NCBI RefSeq assembly: GCF_009914755.1 | Contig: NC_060931.1 | Source of the DNA: the human T2T-CHM13v2.0 reference genome, Homo sapiens | Direction: 5' to 3' (one strand) | DNA length: 64,000 nucleotides | Shown here: one piece after another, positions 50,712-64,000 of the stretch | Layout: each line of letters opens with the position of its first letter | How positions within the stretch are numbered: the first letter of the stretch is position 1 | Made by a program: the position numbers and the translations under genes | The notes under the pieces: generated by a model | The model's database searches: none | Told to the model about the DNA's origin: nothing | What the model saw: the letters and a program-made list of their open reading frames with translations, nothing else

Positions 50712-51352
50712 AAAATTCAACTTTTACTTTAGATACATGTGCAGGTTTGTTACATGGGTATATTGCCTCCAGGCAGTGACTGTAGTACCCAATAGATAGT
50801 TTTTCAACACACACCTCCCTCCACACCTCCCCAACTCTAGGAGTCTACAGTGTCTGTTGTTCCCATGTTTATGTCCATGTGTACTCATTGTTTAGCTCTC
50901 ATTTATAAGTGAGAACATGAGGTATTTGGTTTTCTCTTTTTGCATTAATTTGCTCACAATTATGGCCTTCAGCTCCATCCATGTTGCTGTGAAGGACATG
51001 ATTTCATTCTTTTTTATGGCTGTGTATTATTTCATGGTGTATATGTACCAAATTTTCTTTACCCAATCCACTATTGATGGGTACCTAGGTTGAGTCCATG
51101 TTTTTACTATTGTAAATAGCATGGCAATGAAAATATGAGCACATGTGTCTTTTTTGGCATATTGAACTATTTTGGGTGGAATGGTGGCTCTGTATTAAAT
51201 TCTTTGAGAAATCTTCAAACTGATTTCCACAGTGGCTGAACTAATTTGCATTTCCACCAACAGTGTATAAGCATTCCCTTTTCTCTGCAGCTTCACCAGC
51301 ATCTGTTGTTTTTTTTTTTTTACGTTTTAATAATAGCCATTCTGACTGGTGA
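50712..51352 (-). mobile_element. L1PA15/16-like 3' end inserted in a MIR
   Basis: TACATGTGCAGGTTTGTTACATGGGTATATTG...TAATAGCCATTCTGACTGGTG. MIR sequence on both sides. Confidence 0.8.
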
Positions 51353-51938
51353 TATGACCCATATTAATTCATTTCATTTTCACACTCTGTAAGTGCTATT
51401 TTTACCCATCCCAATCTTACAGATAAGGAATCTGAAGCTCAGAGAGGCTAAGGTACTTGCCCAAAGTCACACAATAAACAAGAGTTGATGGGTTCAAACC
51501 TAGGTAAATACAGTTCCAGAGTTGTCTCTATGATGTGTTTATGACCATGAGAGAAAGTGAAATAGGAACAAGGTTTGATGATGGAACTCCAAATGGGCAA
51601 CTATTTTATTGATGAGCAAAACTTTTAGAGTAATTTAGTGTCCATTGTCAATCAAAGCTCTTTTCACATGTATTGCTTAAATAATTGAGTGACTCTCACT
51701 AGATTTCAAGTAAAAGTTTTGATGCCAGTAGATAAGGTTCTCAGGCTAAATTTTCTCTTTATACTCCACTATGACAATTCTCACTGTCATGATTACATTT
51801 TTTAAAATGAGCATGATAATATAGTTTGCCTATATATTTTTCTTTCACAGTTTAATTCTAAGGATTCAAATTTACTCTTTGCTCCCAATAAAGAGTACAT
51901 TGAAGGATATAATGCCATCTTAGACATTCCTGAGAAGA

Positions 51939-52168
51939 TGCTTACTTGGTGCCAGGCATACTTCTAGTACATCATACACATATATTTTTAAAATTCAAGT
52001 TTTACTCTAGATACATGTGCAGGTATGTTACATGGGTATTTTGCATCCAGGCAGTGAGCATAGTAACCAATGGGTAGTTTTTCAACCCACACCTCTCTCC
52101 ATACCTCCCCCCTCCACTAGTCCACAGTATCTGTGGTTCCCGTGTTTATGTCCATGTGTGCTCAATGT
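51939..52168 (+). repeat. Local duplicate of 50661-50891 (MIR/L1 junction)
   Basis: Starts with an identical TGCTTACTTGGTGCCAGGCATACTTCTAGTACATCA. Flanked by CATTCCTGAGAAG (51925-51937, 52169-52181). Confidence 0.92.
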
Positions 52169-54254
52169 CATTCCTGAGAAGTAATGTCTAAGGGACATTA
52201 TATAATGTAAGAAGAATTATAGTACATTATACATTACAATTTTTCTTATATTATGTAATTATGTATTTTATATATAATGTAAATATATAATGTAAGAAGA
52301 ATTATATAATGGGAGAAAAAGTTTTCAGATATATTTTCAAAGGAGTTATATTAAATCCATTTACCATAATACAAAGTTTAAAATCTGATTATGTGCTTAT
52401 TTTTCACACTCTGACCTGAATCTGAAATTGTGTATTCATATAATCTATAAAGATATGTAGTTTCAAAACTATAAATAACGTACTAGCATTACGACTACAG
52501 AAATGAAGAAGGGTGGTGTTGAACTATTTGGTTGATGTCTAGGTAGCCGGTTTGAGCAGATTAAGAGAGAAGAGAAGATTGAGACTATTTCGAAAAAGCA
52601 GATTGAAGCCTCCAAAGACTTCAGTAGAGGTGTGTGAAAGACAGTAAAACAAGGTGCTGAAGAATATATGTTACATTAGCAAGACGTTGAGCTAATGTCA
52701 CTAGGATGAGAGGAGTAATCATCGTCTTAGATAGGCTTTTCCAGGTCTGAAATTTCAGAGCAGTCCCTGAGGAACAAAAGGTTGCTGAAGCAAGAAGCCC
52801 GATGCCCCATTTACAACCTCACTCATCAACAGAACTGAAGCCCTGGCTAGCCTCTTTCCCTCTTCTGTAATATAAGCGGTTGGGGACTGAGCAGCTGGCA
52901 AACTGGACAGGAGAGCTTGAAATGACTTGCTTGAGCCCAGACCAAGCTGTCGTTTTCTGTTAGTGTTTGGAATATTATTTGATGTCCTTAGGATTTTACA
53001 TTATTTAGCCTTCAATAGATTTTCAAATGGATGACCTTTAAAGTGCCAGTCGTCTGCCTTGCTATTCCATGATTGGGCATATTTATGAGTAAAAACGAAA
53101 CTTTAAATCTCCTACTTTCACTGCCAGTAAAAGCAGCAGAAATGACAGCAATAAAAAGTCTTGGCTTCCATTACTGAATCAACGACCAATCCTTTCATAT
53201 CCAAGGAAGCTCATGTGACAATAAGCAGTGTTCTGTAGCACCATTATCACTAAAGGCCAGCCAGCAATTTCATTATAAAACCTTCTGAGGCAGCTTGTAA
53301 TTTGGCTGTTTTAATTAAACCTCACCAGGCCAGATTGCCAGGGGGAAATTACTGGGAATTTTCCACTGAACTGTCACTCTAAAACAATGTTCTATTATGG
53401 ATTTGATGTCAGAAATCATAACAATATTTAATGCCAGATAATTGGCATAACAATGATCTTGAGTGACAGCTTGAGTGCTTGGGAAGTTAAATTAAAAGTG
53501 ATATGCTTATTTATGGCTTGAGCTGTCACGTCAACACAGGCACCTTTCACTTTCTCAGCCCTGCTACATCTTGGGGACAGCCGGCTGCAATTGGCAGTTA
53601 ACTGTGTATATTAGCAGGAGGCTGGGTTTGATTCCATTTCTTCTCTTTTTCATTCTAAATGAGAATAACGAGAATAAAAGTAATGGTAAATTTACCAACA
53701 CACACTAGAGCCATAAAAAACTAAATGTCTGAAAGAATGTTTTCTTGGTTTATCTTTAATAAAAAATTTACTGATTTTTTTCAGGGAGTTCAGGATATAG
53801 CAGCTAATAATGGCAATGGCTACCATTTATTGAGTGTTTACTCTGTGCAGGGTACTACACTAAAGTTCCATCATTCCCTCATTTAAAACTTAGAGCCACT
53901 CTATAGAGGAAGATGATAGCACCATTTCAGAGATGGGGAAACTTGCCAAAGTCCCCCAGCCAGCCAGTGGTGGATTTGTGATTTATCTCAGGTCGGCTTG
54001 ACTCTGCAGCCCGTGTTATAGACTATAACATAATGCTTTCTGCTACAAAGTACTCCCTTCTATACCAAAAAACAAATTATTTTTCCAAGAGTCTACATTG
54101 GGATGAAGTTTTAAGAATATTGCCTTTTACCAAAAGGAAAAGTATTTATTCTACAGCCACATTAAAAAATTTTAGATATAAATATAAAACATTCAATTCA
54201 CCTGATTTTAGCTTAAGAACAGTCATAAAACTTAATGTAATTTTATAAAAGTTA

Positions 54255-54569
<315 letters not shown>

Positions 54570-55158
54570 TTATTATTTATATTTCACATCTATATTATGG
54601 CTGGGTAGGAGGGAGAGAAGTGAAGTGAGGGAGAGAGGAAATAGAAGAAATGAAAAGAAAAGACTGTAATGTTGAGGGGAAAGAAAGATCGATGAGAAAG
54701 AGGAACGGGGATTGACAGGAATGAAGAAGGATTTCTATAAATAATGGGGAGAGGCCCTAGGAAGGCTCTTCCACCATCTTCGACCATTGCCTCTGGTGAC
54801 CTTAGCCTATGTTTCCCTCTAAATCAAGGTCTTTCTTTTAATATGATCAATTTCTCCTCTCTACTGGCTTCCTTCTCTTTGCCTTCAAACATACACAGTT
54901 CCTCCCTCACATGAAAAAAACCTTCCCTTGATCTTAAGCCCTTTCTATCATTGGTTGAATTAGTACTGACTGGATAGACAAGGTCTGAGAGCCCATTTGC
55001 CAGGCATTAGCTGTTAGGTCCCAGGGATGTAAAGGAGCACAAAACAGGGATTTTTCCTTTTCACAAGCAAACTTTCTGAATGATTGGAAATTAATCATGA
55101 GCAGGTAGATGTCTAAGGTCATATTTAAAAATAATTGAATCAATTAAGGGCAGAAATC

Positions 55159-55251
55159 GGCTGGGCATGATGGCTCACACTTGTAATCCCAGCACTTTGG
55201 GAGGCTGTGGTGGGAGGATCTCTTCAGCCCAGGAGTTTGAAACCAGCCTGG

Positions 55252-55330
<79 letters not shown>

Positions 55331-55505
55331 ATATATATATTAGATGGGTATTGTGGCATGGGTCTGTAGTCCCAGTTACTCTGGAGGCTGAGGCGGGAGG
55401 ATTACTTGAACCCAGGAGGTTAAGGCTTCAATGAGCTGTGATTGTGCCACTGCACTCCACAGAGACCATGTCTCAAAAAAAAAAAAAAAAAAAGAAAGAA
55501 AAAAA
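55159..55505 (+). mobile_element. AluJ with an expanded A/(TA)n middle tract
   Basis: Left arm, long A run plus (TA)n at 55254-55340, right arm, A tail. TSD AGAAATC. Confidence 0.88.
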
Positions 55506-55550
55506 AGAGTAGAAATCTGCCAAATCAGTTGTTTAAAATGCCATATAGAT

Positions 55551-55944
55551 CAGGGGTCCCCAACCCATGGCTCCAGACTGGTACTGGTCCGTGGCCTGTT
55601 AGGAACCGGGCCACACAGCAGGAGTTGAGCAATGGGTGAGCAAGCATTACTGCCTGAACTCCACCTTCTGTCAGATCAGTGGCGGCATTAGATTCTTGAT
55701 TCTCACAGAAGCGTGAGCCCTATTGTGAAGTGCGCATGTGAAGGATCTAGGTTGCGCGCTCCTTATGAGAATCTAACTCATATCTGATGATCTGAAATGG
55801 AACAGTTTCATCCCCAAACCTTCGCCCACCCCCTCCCCCAATACAAACTGGGGCCATAAAAAATGAAATACCTGAAAGAATATTTCAAGGATTTTTGTCT
55901 TCCATGAAACTGGTCCCTAATGCTAAAAAGGTTGGGGACTGCTG
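55551..55944. mobile_element. MER1B hAT-Charlie MITE
   Basis: TIRs CAGGGGTCCCCAACC / GGTTGGGGACTGCTG. Perfect 8-bp TSD ATATAGAT (55543-55550, 55945-55952). Confidence 0.92.
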
Positions 55945-56703
55945 ATATAGATCAAACATGATGACTGTTTTCCTTCTTTCAACCACTTATTTTTCCATTC
56001 TGTAGGCTATGATTACCATCTTCATTTTATTTCTGTCCACTCATTAGGATAGTTTGGGACACGCCTTCCTCCACTGCTAAGCCTACACCCTTGAATGTTA
56101 CCAATTACTTCCTTATTGACAAATGTTTCTTTTACCCTCACACTTTCCCTTCTTTCTATTGTACTATACATATTGAATGATCTCCTACATCTCCTTTTCC
56201 CACCTTCAAATTATTTCTTTCTAGAACTATAGTTCAAAGTATCATTCTAGTTCAGAAAAGCTTTATTTCAAACTGAATGAATTTGGTCAGGAAAGCTTTA
56301 TGTTGAATTGGAAAAGCTTCCTAAATTTGAGGCAAGCTACTCTATAGGAAATTGAGGTTCTTTTGATGCTGTTATATCTGCAGGTCATATATTTCATTAT
56401 TTTACATCTGAAATATATCTTCCAATGATGATAGTTTCTCTCCTAAAAGGAGATAGGATCTTTATTGTGTGTGATTTATTTGGGGGTAATTTTTTTGTTT
56501 GATACACATATATCAGAAGGAGACCTGGATTTTCTCATTTAATCACTGAATATTTCACTTTTTGATATTCACTGATTCAAGCCCTTTGGCTCTCTGGGTA
56601 TGAGGGAAGAAACCCACTGTGTCAGAAGTAATATAAATTGCATTCTAACTTTTTCAGTTCCACCTTCTCTTACCTTAAAGGGAAGACCACCAAACTCTCT
56701 GAA

Positions 56704-57003
56704 TTTTTTTTTTTTTTTTTGAGATGGAGTTCTCGCTCTGTTGCCCAGGCTGGAGTGCAGTGGCGTGATCTCGGCTCACTGCAAGCTCTACCTCCTGGGT
56801 TCACCCCATTCTCCTGCCTCAGTCTCCTGAGTAGCTGGGACTACAGGTGTCCGCCACAACACGCAGCTAATTTTTTTGTATTTTTAGTAGAGACGGGGTT
56901 TCACCGTCTTAGCCAGAATGGTCTTGATCTCCTGACCTCATGATCTGCCTGCCTCAGCCTCCCAAAGTGCTGGGATTACAGGTGTGAGCCACCGCGCCCG
57001 GCC
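56704..57003 (-). mobile_element. AluY/Sc-like
   Basis: Antisense Alu. TSD CAAACTC(T/C)CTGAATTTT. Confidence 0.95.
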
Positions 57004-57639
57004 CAAACTCCCTGAATTTTAACACAGAAATCTTTCTTCTGGGCCCTCAACAACATCCTTACCATATAAAGGCACAAACTGCTCAGATATTTTGTATTTG
57101 TATTTTCACATATTTCTCAACTCTATTTTGTGTACACTCATCATGGAGTTACTTATTTTGGGAATTGAGTATCCTATGAAATTCATTATCAAGTTTATTA
57201 TAGAAATATTTTATCTTTGCTGGTTTTTTTTAGAATTACAAAAGTTAAAAAATTTTTTTCCATATGTTTTGCTTACACAATAAGGATATTTGTGTTATGT
57301 CTACATAAAAAAGAAACGAGTTGTTAAAAAGAGGGAAAATAGTCATTATGGTGGTTGATTTATCTATATGCCACTAAACAATTGGTTTGGCAGACTTCTC
57401 TTAATTGATTCAATTATCATTATAAAATATGGTCTTAATATCTACTTGATAATTAATTTCCGACTCAAAACCCCACCTTCCCTGCCTTTAGAAATCTGCT
57501 AATAGAAATGAAGTTTCAAAAATAAGTATCAGTGAAATTGAAGAATCTGGAGTCCAGATGAAGGAAATAGAGCCAGTTCATGTAATGAAGTTCTAATTCA
57601 TTCAGCTTTAAGACTATACAAAATTTGGGTTCCTCAATT

Positions 57640-57945
<306 letters not shown>

Positions 57946-58217
57946 TTGAATTCTTAAGAATATGATTTAGACTTGGATCTGGTAGTAAATACCCATATTT
58001 ACATTTATCATCTATAATTATTATTCCATTAGAGCAGGCGAGATCTGCATTTTAATCATGATGGATAAAGAATGAGAAGTGAGATAACATCTGAATACAT
58101 TTAGTGAACTGTAGTTTCTATCTAACTTTTAGTAACAATTGTTATTGTCTTAACTACCTCTGAAAGTCAGGCTAACTCTCCAATGCTAATGTAAGAAGCA
58201 TGCAGTCTGTGGCAGGC

Positions 58218-58742
58218 TGTATCAGTTAGGATCCAGACAGGAAATAAATGGCCCACTTAAACCGAGTAACAGAAAGAGTTCAATGAAAGGACCATTTACA
58301 AAGATGTAGGCAGGGTAGGCAAGGTCAAAAGGAACTTGTAAGGAATGATAAAGCTAGCAACGGAAGGGAGTCATTACCTCCTAGATCTGAGGCCGCAAGA
58401 GAAGGAAGTAGAACTGATATATACATATATGAGAGATGGAAGACACACACACACACAGGCAGAGAGAGAGAGAGGCTATAGCAGAATTGATCTGATGGGG
58501 GTTGTGGCCTTTGGTAGAAGAAAAGAGCCAAACAATAGCCAGAGAAAAAGATACCCTAGTCTCGCCTCCTCTTCTTCACTTGGATCTACTAGTGCCTCCC
58601 ATTGGCTGAACTCAGCTGTAAGCCAGAGGGCAGCACTGCTCATGATGCAATTAATCAACAAACCAGTCCCTAGGCACAGAGCAGAGAAGAGCAGGGTGGA
58701 GAATAAATTTGTTCTGGAAGAGCAAGTGAAATACATCCAGTG
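58218..58742 (-). mobile_element. Old LTR (MLT1/ERVL-like)
   Basis: TGTATCAGTTAGGATCCAG...CCTCCCATTGGCTGAAC...AGCCAGAGGGCA motifs. Confidence 0.5.
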
Positions 58743-58829
58743 TCCAGGCTAAGACTGATATCTATATCATCCCTCAATTCACCAGGGGTTAATTAACTTT
58801 TATTGGTCCAGATATTGACATCACTCCTT

Positions 58830-59078
58830 CCCTTGAATGCCACCTGTTACTTCCTTATTGACAAATCAAATACTTCTGTCACTTTCAAACTTTCCTTTCT
58901 TTTTATTGTATATCTTGGATGATCTCTTCCATTTCTTTTTCCCACACCAAATTATTAATTTCTAGAACTATAGCTCAGACCTTCAGTCCAGAAAAGCTCC
59001 ACCTTGAACTGGATGAGCTTGGCTTGTTAAATTTGGAGTAAGCCACCTAACAGGAAGTTGAGGTTCTATCTGATGCTG
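58830..59078 (+). repeat. Diverged direct duplicate of 56088-56371
   Basis: Shared blocks in the same order: CCCTTGAATG, TTACTTCCTTATTGACAAAT, TTTCTAGAACTATAG, CAGAAAAGCT, TTGAGGTTCT, TGATGCTG. Confidence 0.85.
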
Positions 59079-61099
59079 CCCCACAAAAGAATATGTAAAA
59101 CTTACAAGAGATTGTTGCCCTGGGTGAACATTGAACCATGACTTCTAAAGTCTATAAATATTGTGAGTTGGAAGCCTGACAATATTGGCAACATGCCAAG
59201 GTACATAGTAGCTATCTTTATGGATCACTAGCTGCTGTACCAGTCTCACCTGAAAGTGATCAGATAAATGCGTTCTTTCATGTTATATGGGAAAAGAGAG
59301 AAAACAAAGAGTCATATATTTTTCTGAATTTACACAGGAACTGCTGTATCAAGCTGTTAGAAAATCTTGATGTCCTTAAAACACACCTTGTCACAGTATC
59401 CAGCCTTATTATTTTTGTCTTGATATGGTCAGAGCCCTTTGAATAACAGCCCTGAGAAAGTTTACCAACACACTTTACCACAGTGAGATTACCTTTAAGG
59501 GGACATAATTTGGCCCCTGCTTTCCTCTCTGATTTCATCTTTTACTATTCTCCCCAACACCTTTGTGCACATTTGCACACACAGACATACACACCCACAG
59601 ACAGATACACTCCTCTCCACCATACTAAGCTTCTTTCTTAACTCTAGGTTCTGCACGAGCTGTTTCCACTGCCAGAAACACTTCCTCCTCCTAGTATTTT
59701 TCTCAACCTGCCACTTATTATATTGTATCACATTTGCTTATTAATGACTCTAGGTTTTGAATGCCATGAGAGCGGGGGCTATTTTTACTTCTTTGTCATT
59801 GAATCCTCAGGACTTTGTCTGGTGCCTGGCACATAATAGCTTCTCGTTAACTGTTGAATTCATTAGTGAATGAAGGAAATAGCAACAGGAAAAGTTTTAT
59901 TCACCAGTGTTTATCCTAAGGTTAGCTCTGCTTAGGATGATCTCATTTGTGACTGGATGAGAAAACTGGCAAGTGTCTGAATAATTCACAAATGCAAGTT
60001 CAGCTCCTGAATAAGCAGTACAATAAGCAATGTGTTGTACTGAGAGAGCACCTAACTGGCTAGGCAATTGTGAGGAAACTGGTTGCTACTAGAGCTTCTC
60101 ATATCAGATGCCCATCAGAATCCCTTCAAGTTACTAGTCCTAACTACTGAAACCAGACCTTCTGAATCCCAGGCCTTCTGCGTCAGCACCCTCCGTGGGG
60201 GATGGGTTCTGAGTCTGTGTTTTGTTATCTGCCCCCTCCATCCCCTAGGTGGTGGTTTTTGTGCATACGGGACTTGTGATCTTGCCATGGGAGTGAGTCA
60301 TCAACAACCTTAAGTTTGTAAATTATATTTGCAAGTATTCAGTTTTATTTTTTAATTTTTTATGACTTGTAGGCTTTTCCCTAGGGAGATGTTTAATTTT
60401 CTTTCACTGTTTTGTGTTGCAGGGTCTTATTCACTTGATTAATTTTTAATTGGAGAATCACGCTATTTCCAGACTATGAGTAGAGAGAGCTTTGTACTGC
60501 TTTCCCAGTGGAATTCTCATTAATATACTTTCTCTGTGGTCCCCATGGACTACCAATTTCCTCATCCTCCAATCATATTTGTTCTGTTGAGAGGGAGGCA
60601 GAAATCTGGATAAAGGTAAGCCCAGCCAAGCAATGTTGAGATGTGCTAGGCGGCAGTGGTAAAACCAAATTTGCATGCCCGTAGGTATGAATTCACTCTC
60701 AGGTTTCCATGGAATCATCCAGTGTAGTTCTGTCCCTTTGTTTTTACAATCACTTGCTTTTATTGCAAAATCGTGTGCTATAACAATAAGCATTTAACTT
60801 CATCAGAGACCTACGTTAAAACTTCCTAATATGCATTTCAATCTAGAAAATGATTGTTAGTCATTTTAGTTAGACGGTTCTGCTGATTCTTCTATTTTGG
60901 CTTGTTATTAAAGCTGAGTGAGTCATTTTCCTATACAGATCATCATAACCCAATAAATGATCATCGGGATGGTCAACAGAGCTCTTCTGATTGTCACCTG
61001 GTGGCCTCACTGTTTCTCTTTGTGAGTCAGATTTTGAATCTTTGTACAAAACTGCATGAAAATATTAGAGACAAAAGAAACATGGCACATTGGAATAGT

Positions 61100-61640
61100 G
61101 TATAAGTTATCTATTGCTGTGCAACAATTTACCACAAAGTTAGTGGCTTGAACAACATTAATTTATTAAGTAACAGTTCTGTAGGTCAGAAATTTGGCAT
61201 GGCTTGACCGAGTTCACTGTTTAGGGTCTCAAAAGGTGGAAATAAAGGTGTTGGACTTGCGGGGCTCATTCAGGTTGTTGATAGACTTTAATTACTTGCC
61301 GTTGTGGGACTGAGGCCACCGTTTCCTTGCTGGCTGTTGGCAGGGAGTCTCTCTTAGCTTTTAGAGGTTGCTCTTTGTTCCTTGCATGTGACCCTTCTGT
61401 CTTCAAAGTCAACAATTGTGCATCAAATTATTTTCAGGCTTCAAGTCTCTCTGATTTCATCCTCTCTACCAGCCAGAGAAAATGTTGCTTTTAAAGGGCT
61501 CATGTGATTCTCTGTAGCTTAGGGTCAACCAATTTGGAACTTCATATCTTCAAAATCTCTTTATAGCAGAACCTGGATAGTATTTGATTGAATAACCAGA
61601 GGACAGGAATCTTGGACGTCTATCTTAGAATTCTGCCTAA
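61100..61640 (-). mobile_element. MLT1 MaLR LTR (MLT1D/E-like)
   Basis: TATTGCTGTGCAACAATTTACCACAAA...AGTTCTGTAGGTCAGAA...TTAGAATTCTGCCTA. Confidence 0.75.
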
Positions 61641-62564
61641 AACGAAGACATTATTTAAAACGAGAAGATAATTATTATAATTTGTGAATATATATCCTTA
61701 TAGTATATTATTCCATTTTAATCATCTGATCATATGGCTTCTATCTTTGGGAAAAATATGCATTGTGGCAACATAGAATATCATTTGTGTATTATACATA
61801 GGCCAGAAATGAGAGACAACTATGTATGACCTTTTACTGAATTTAAAGATACACTTTCTCTTGAGTTTGGAACAAAATAGCTAGTTTCTGCAGATAGGGC
61901 CTTTTCAGGTCATCTACATACTTATTCCAATACTGAAATTTAGTAGAATTTTCCTAGTAGTTACCTGCTATGCCTGAGGGACCATATTTTCCTAAATCTG
62001 TTGCCCAGTGTCAAGAATTCATTTACAGACTGTGACTGCAGTTACAAAACCCCCTTCTTGGTTGGTTTATGTTATGTTTAAAAGCACAAATCTTTAGTAA
62101 AAAGAAGTCCTTTTCTGACCAATTCTGCAGGCCAACTACAATGTATTTTATTGAAGTACTTAAAGTTCTTATTACACACACACACACAAACAGTTTTTCT
62201 TCAATAGCATTGAGTGGCAAGTGAATAGGATCCATTTAGGATAATATACTTAACTGGGTTAAAGATCAGCACATTTAGTTGAAATAGGGATTTGCATATT
62301 GACATTGGGTGGGACCAAGGCTAAATACTTATAGCAATGTGTACAAAGAAGAGGGGAGGTACAGGAAGGAAATGAGACAGGAAAGTGCCCAGAGATTATG
62401 GCTAAACTTAGTTAAGGGCTGGAATGAGATGAGCTGTTCAGACATGCCGGAGAGGTTGTGCTTCTAAATATAGGTGAACCCTGAAGCCTGAGTTAAAGCA
62501 AAGTGATGGATTAAACCAGAGAGAATTCAGTAACTAGGATAGCACAGATAATGGAAATTAGTGG

Positions 62565-62948
62565 TATATTAGTTTATTCTTGCATCGCTATAAGGAACAA
62601 CCTGAAACTGGGTAACTTATAAAAAAAGTTTTAATTGTCTCATGGTTCTGTGGATGCACAGGCAGGCTTCTGCTTCTGAAGAGGCCTCAGGAAACTTACA
62701 ATCATGGCAGAAAGCAAAGGGGAAGCAGGCACATCTTCACATGGCTGGCAGGAAAGAGAGAGAGAGAGGGAAGGAGGAAGTGCTACACGCTTTCAAACAA
62801 CCAGATCTCGTGAGAACTCACTCACTATCACCAGAACAGCAAGGGGTAAATCCGCGCCCATAATCCAATCACCTCACACCAGGTCCCTTCCTCAATACTG
62901 GGGATTACAATTCAACATGCAGTGGGAACACAGACTCAAACCGTATCA
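62565..62948 (-). mobile_element. MSTA-type MaLR LTR
   Basis: GAGGCCTCAGGAAACTTACAATCATGGCAGAA, CAGATCTCGTGAGAACTCACTCACTATCA. Confidence 0.88.
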
Positions 62949-63729
62949 AATGGTTTTTAACTTCTAATAAAATCTATTGTCCTTCTTCCTCAGAAAAACA
63001 CACACAAGAAACCACACATAGAGTATTGTATTTACTTCTGCATGTAGGGATTGGGATTCTGATAGATGTTTAGCTTAATAGCCACCCAACCCAGGCTCTG
63101 GAATTTGGATGCAGACCCAGAAGAACTCAGAGGACAGATTTGAAACAGCCTGTAGAACCAGCATATGGCTGTAATCAGCAGCAGACACCAAGAATCTTCA
63201 TTCTTCCACCAAGAACCTCCTCATATGCTCTGGTCACTCAGAAGCCAGTCTCATGGTGTAGCTCTGTGTGGTCTAAAGAGTGAGTTTAAAGAAGACTGAC
63301 TTGGGTATGTAAGGCAGAAAGAAGGGTACATCCTAATATCTAGATTGTATTCTCAAGCAAATCTAATAGGTACTTAATAGAATTACCTTTAATTTTTTTC
63401 CTTTAAAGATTCTTGTTATCCTTACACATTTCAGGCACCTTTATGGTATAATTCTTAAACTTGCCCATGTGCAAAAATTGTTGAAAGGCCTCCTTTTTAA
63501 GTTGATGTTCACATATGCTTATATAGTTTATATTCCAGAGTTGTGAAATAATTAAGAAGGAGCCCCAAGTAAGAGTTGAATGAAATAGGTCCCTAATAAT
63601 TGATGAACTACAAATGCCTTTGAGTTGGAAAGATGAAGTGGCATGAGCTTTATCCTCCAAGGTGAGATAGTAAACAGACAGCATTTAGAAAATATTATTT
63701 GAATATTGCCTAGGAATATTTGTCTAAAA

Positions 63730-64000
63730 TTATATTAGTTCATTGTCATATTGCTATAAAGAAATACCTGAGGCTGGGCAATTTGTAAGAAATGAGGTTT
63801 AATTGGTTCACGGTTCTGCGGGTTGTACAGGAAGCAGAGTACTGGCATCTGCTTTTGGGGAGGCCTCAGGAAGCTTACAATCATGAAGGAAGGTGAAAAG
63901 GGAGTGGGCACATTACATGGCGAAAGCAGGAGCAAGAGAGTGAAGAGGGAGGGTGCTACATACTTTTAAACAACCAGATCTCAGGAGAACTCACTCACTA
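63730..64000 (-). mobile_element. MSTA/MSTB-type MaLR LTR (runs off the window)
   Basis: GCTATAAAGAAATACCTGAGGCTGGG...GGAGGCCTCAGGAAGCTTACAATCATG. Confidence 0.88.

Noticed and set aside
58345-58752. 135-aa ORF (also 3697-4074, 14945-15367, 60458-60793)
   Set aside because: No recognisable protein similarity; mostly overlap old LTR/L2 sequence; lengths are compatible with chance.

Overview
Primate (human-like) repeat-rich intronic or intergenic DNA. I found no intact protein-coding gene, RNA gene or CRISPR array. Most ORFs in the track are Alu, L1, SVA, LTR or microsatellite read-throughs. Main content: (1) a disabled processed NPM1 pseudogene (~6687-8273) interrupted by an AluY; (2) a near full-length older L1PA on the minus strand (~26960-34062) carrying a nested younger L1PA 3' end with a perfect 15-bp TSD; (3) a 5'-truncated SVA (37341-~38926) whose TSD shows a ~0.5-kb 3' transduction with stacked poly(A) tracts; (4) about 18 Alus, solo LTRs (MER41 family, an ERVL-type LTR, MaLR MST/MLT1), DNA transposon MITEs (MADE1, MER46C, MER1B, MER3, MER5) and old L1M/L2/MIR. 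The least expected pattern is five short duplications apparently copied from 0.4-2.8 kb away. Two are flanked by 13-16 bp direct repeats with no poly(A); one of these includes an inverted template switch and the other sits in a hairpin. I read these as fossil DNA-repair scars, not a new gene system. Repeat subfamily names come from recall of consensus sequences and need RepeatMasker/Dfam confirmation.
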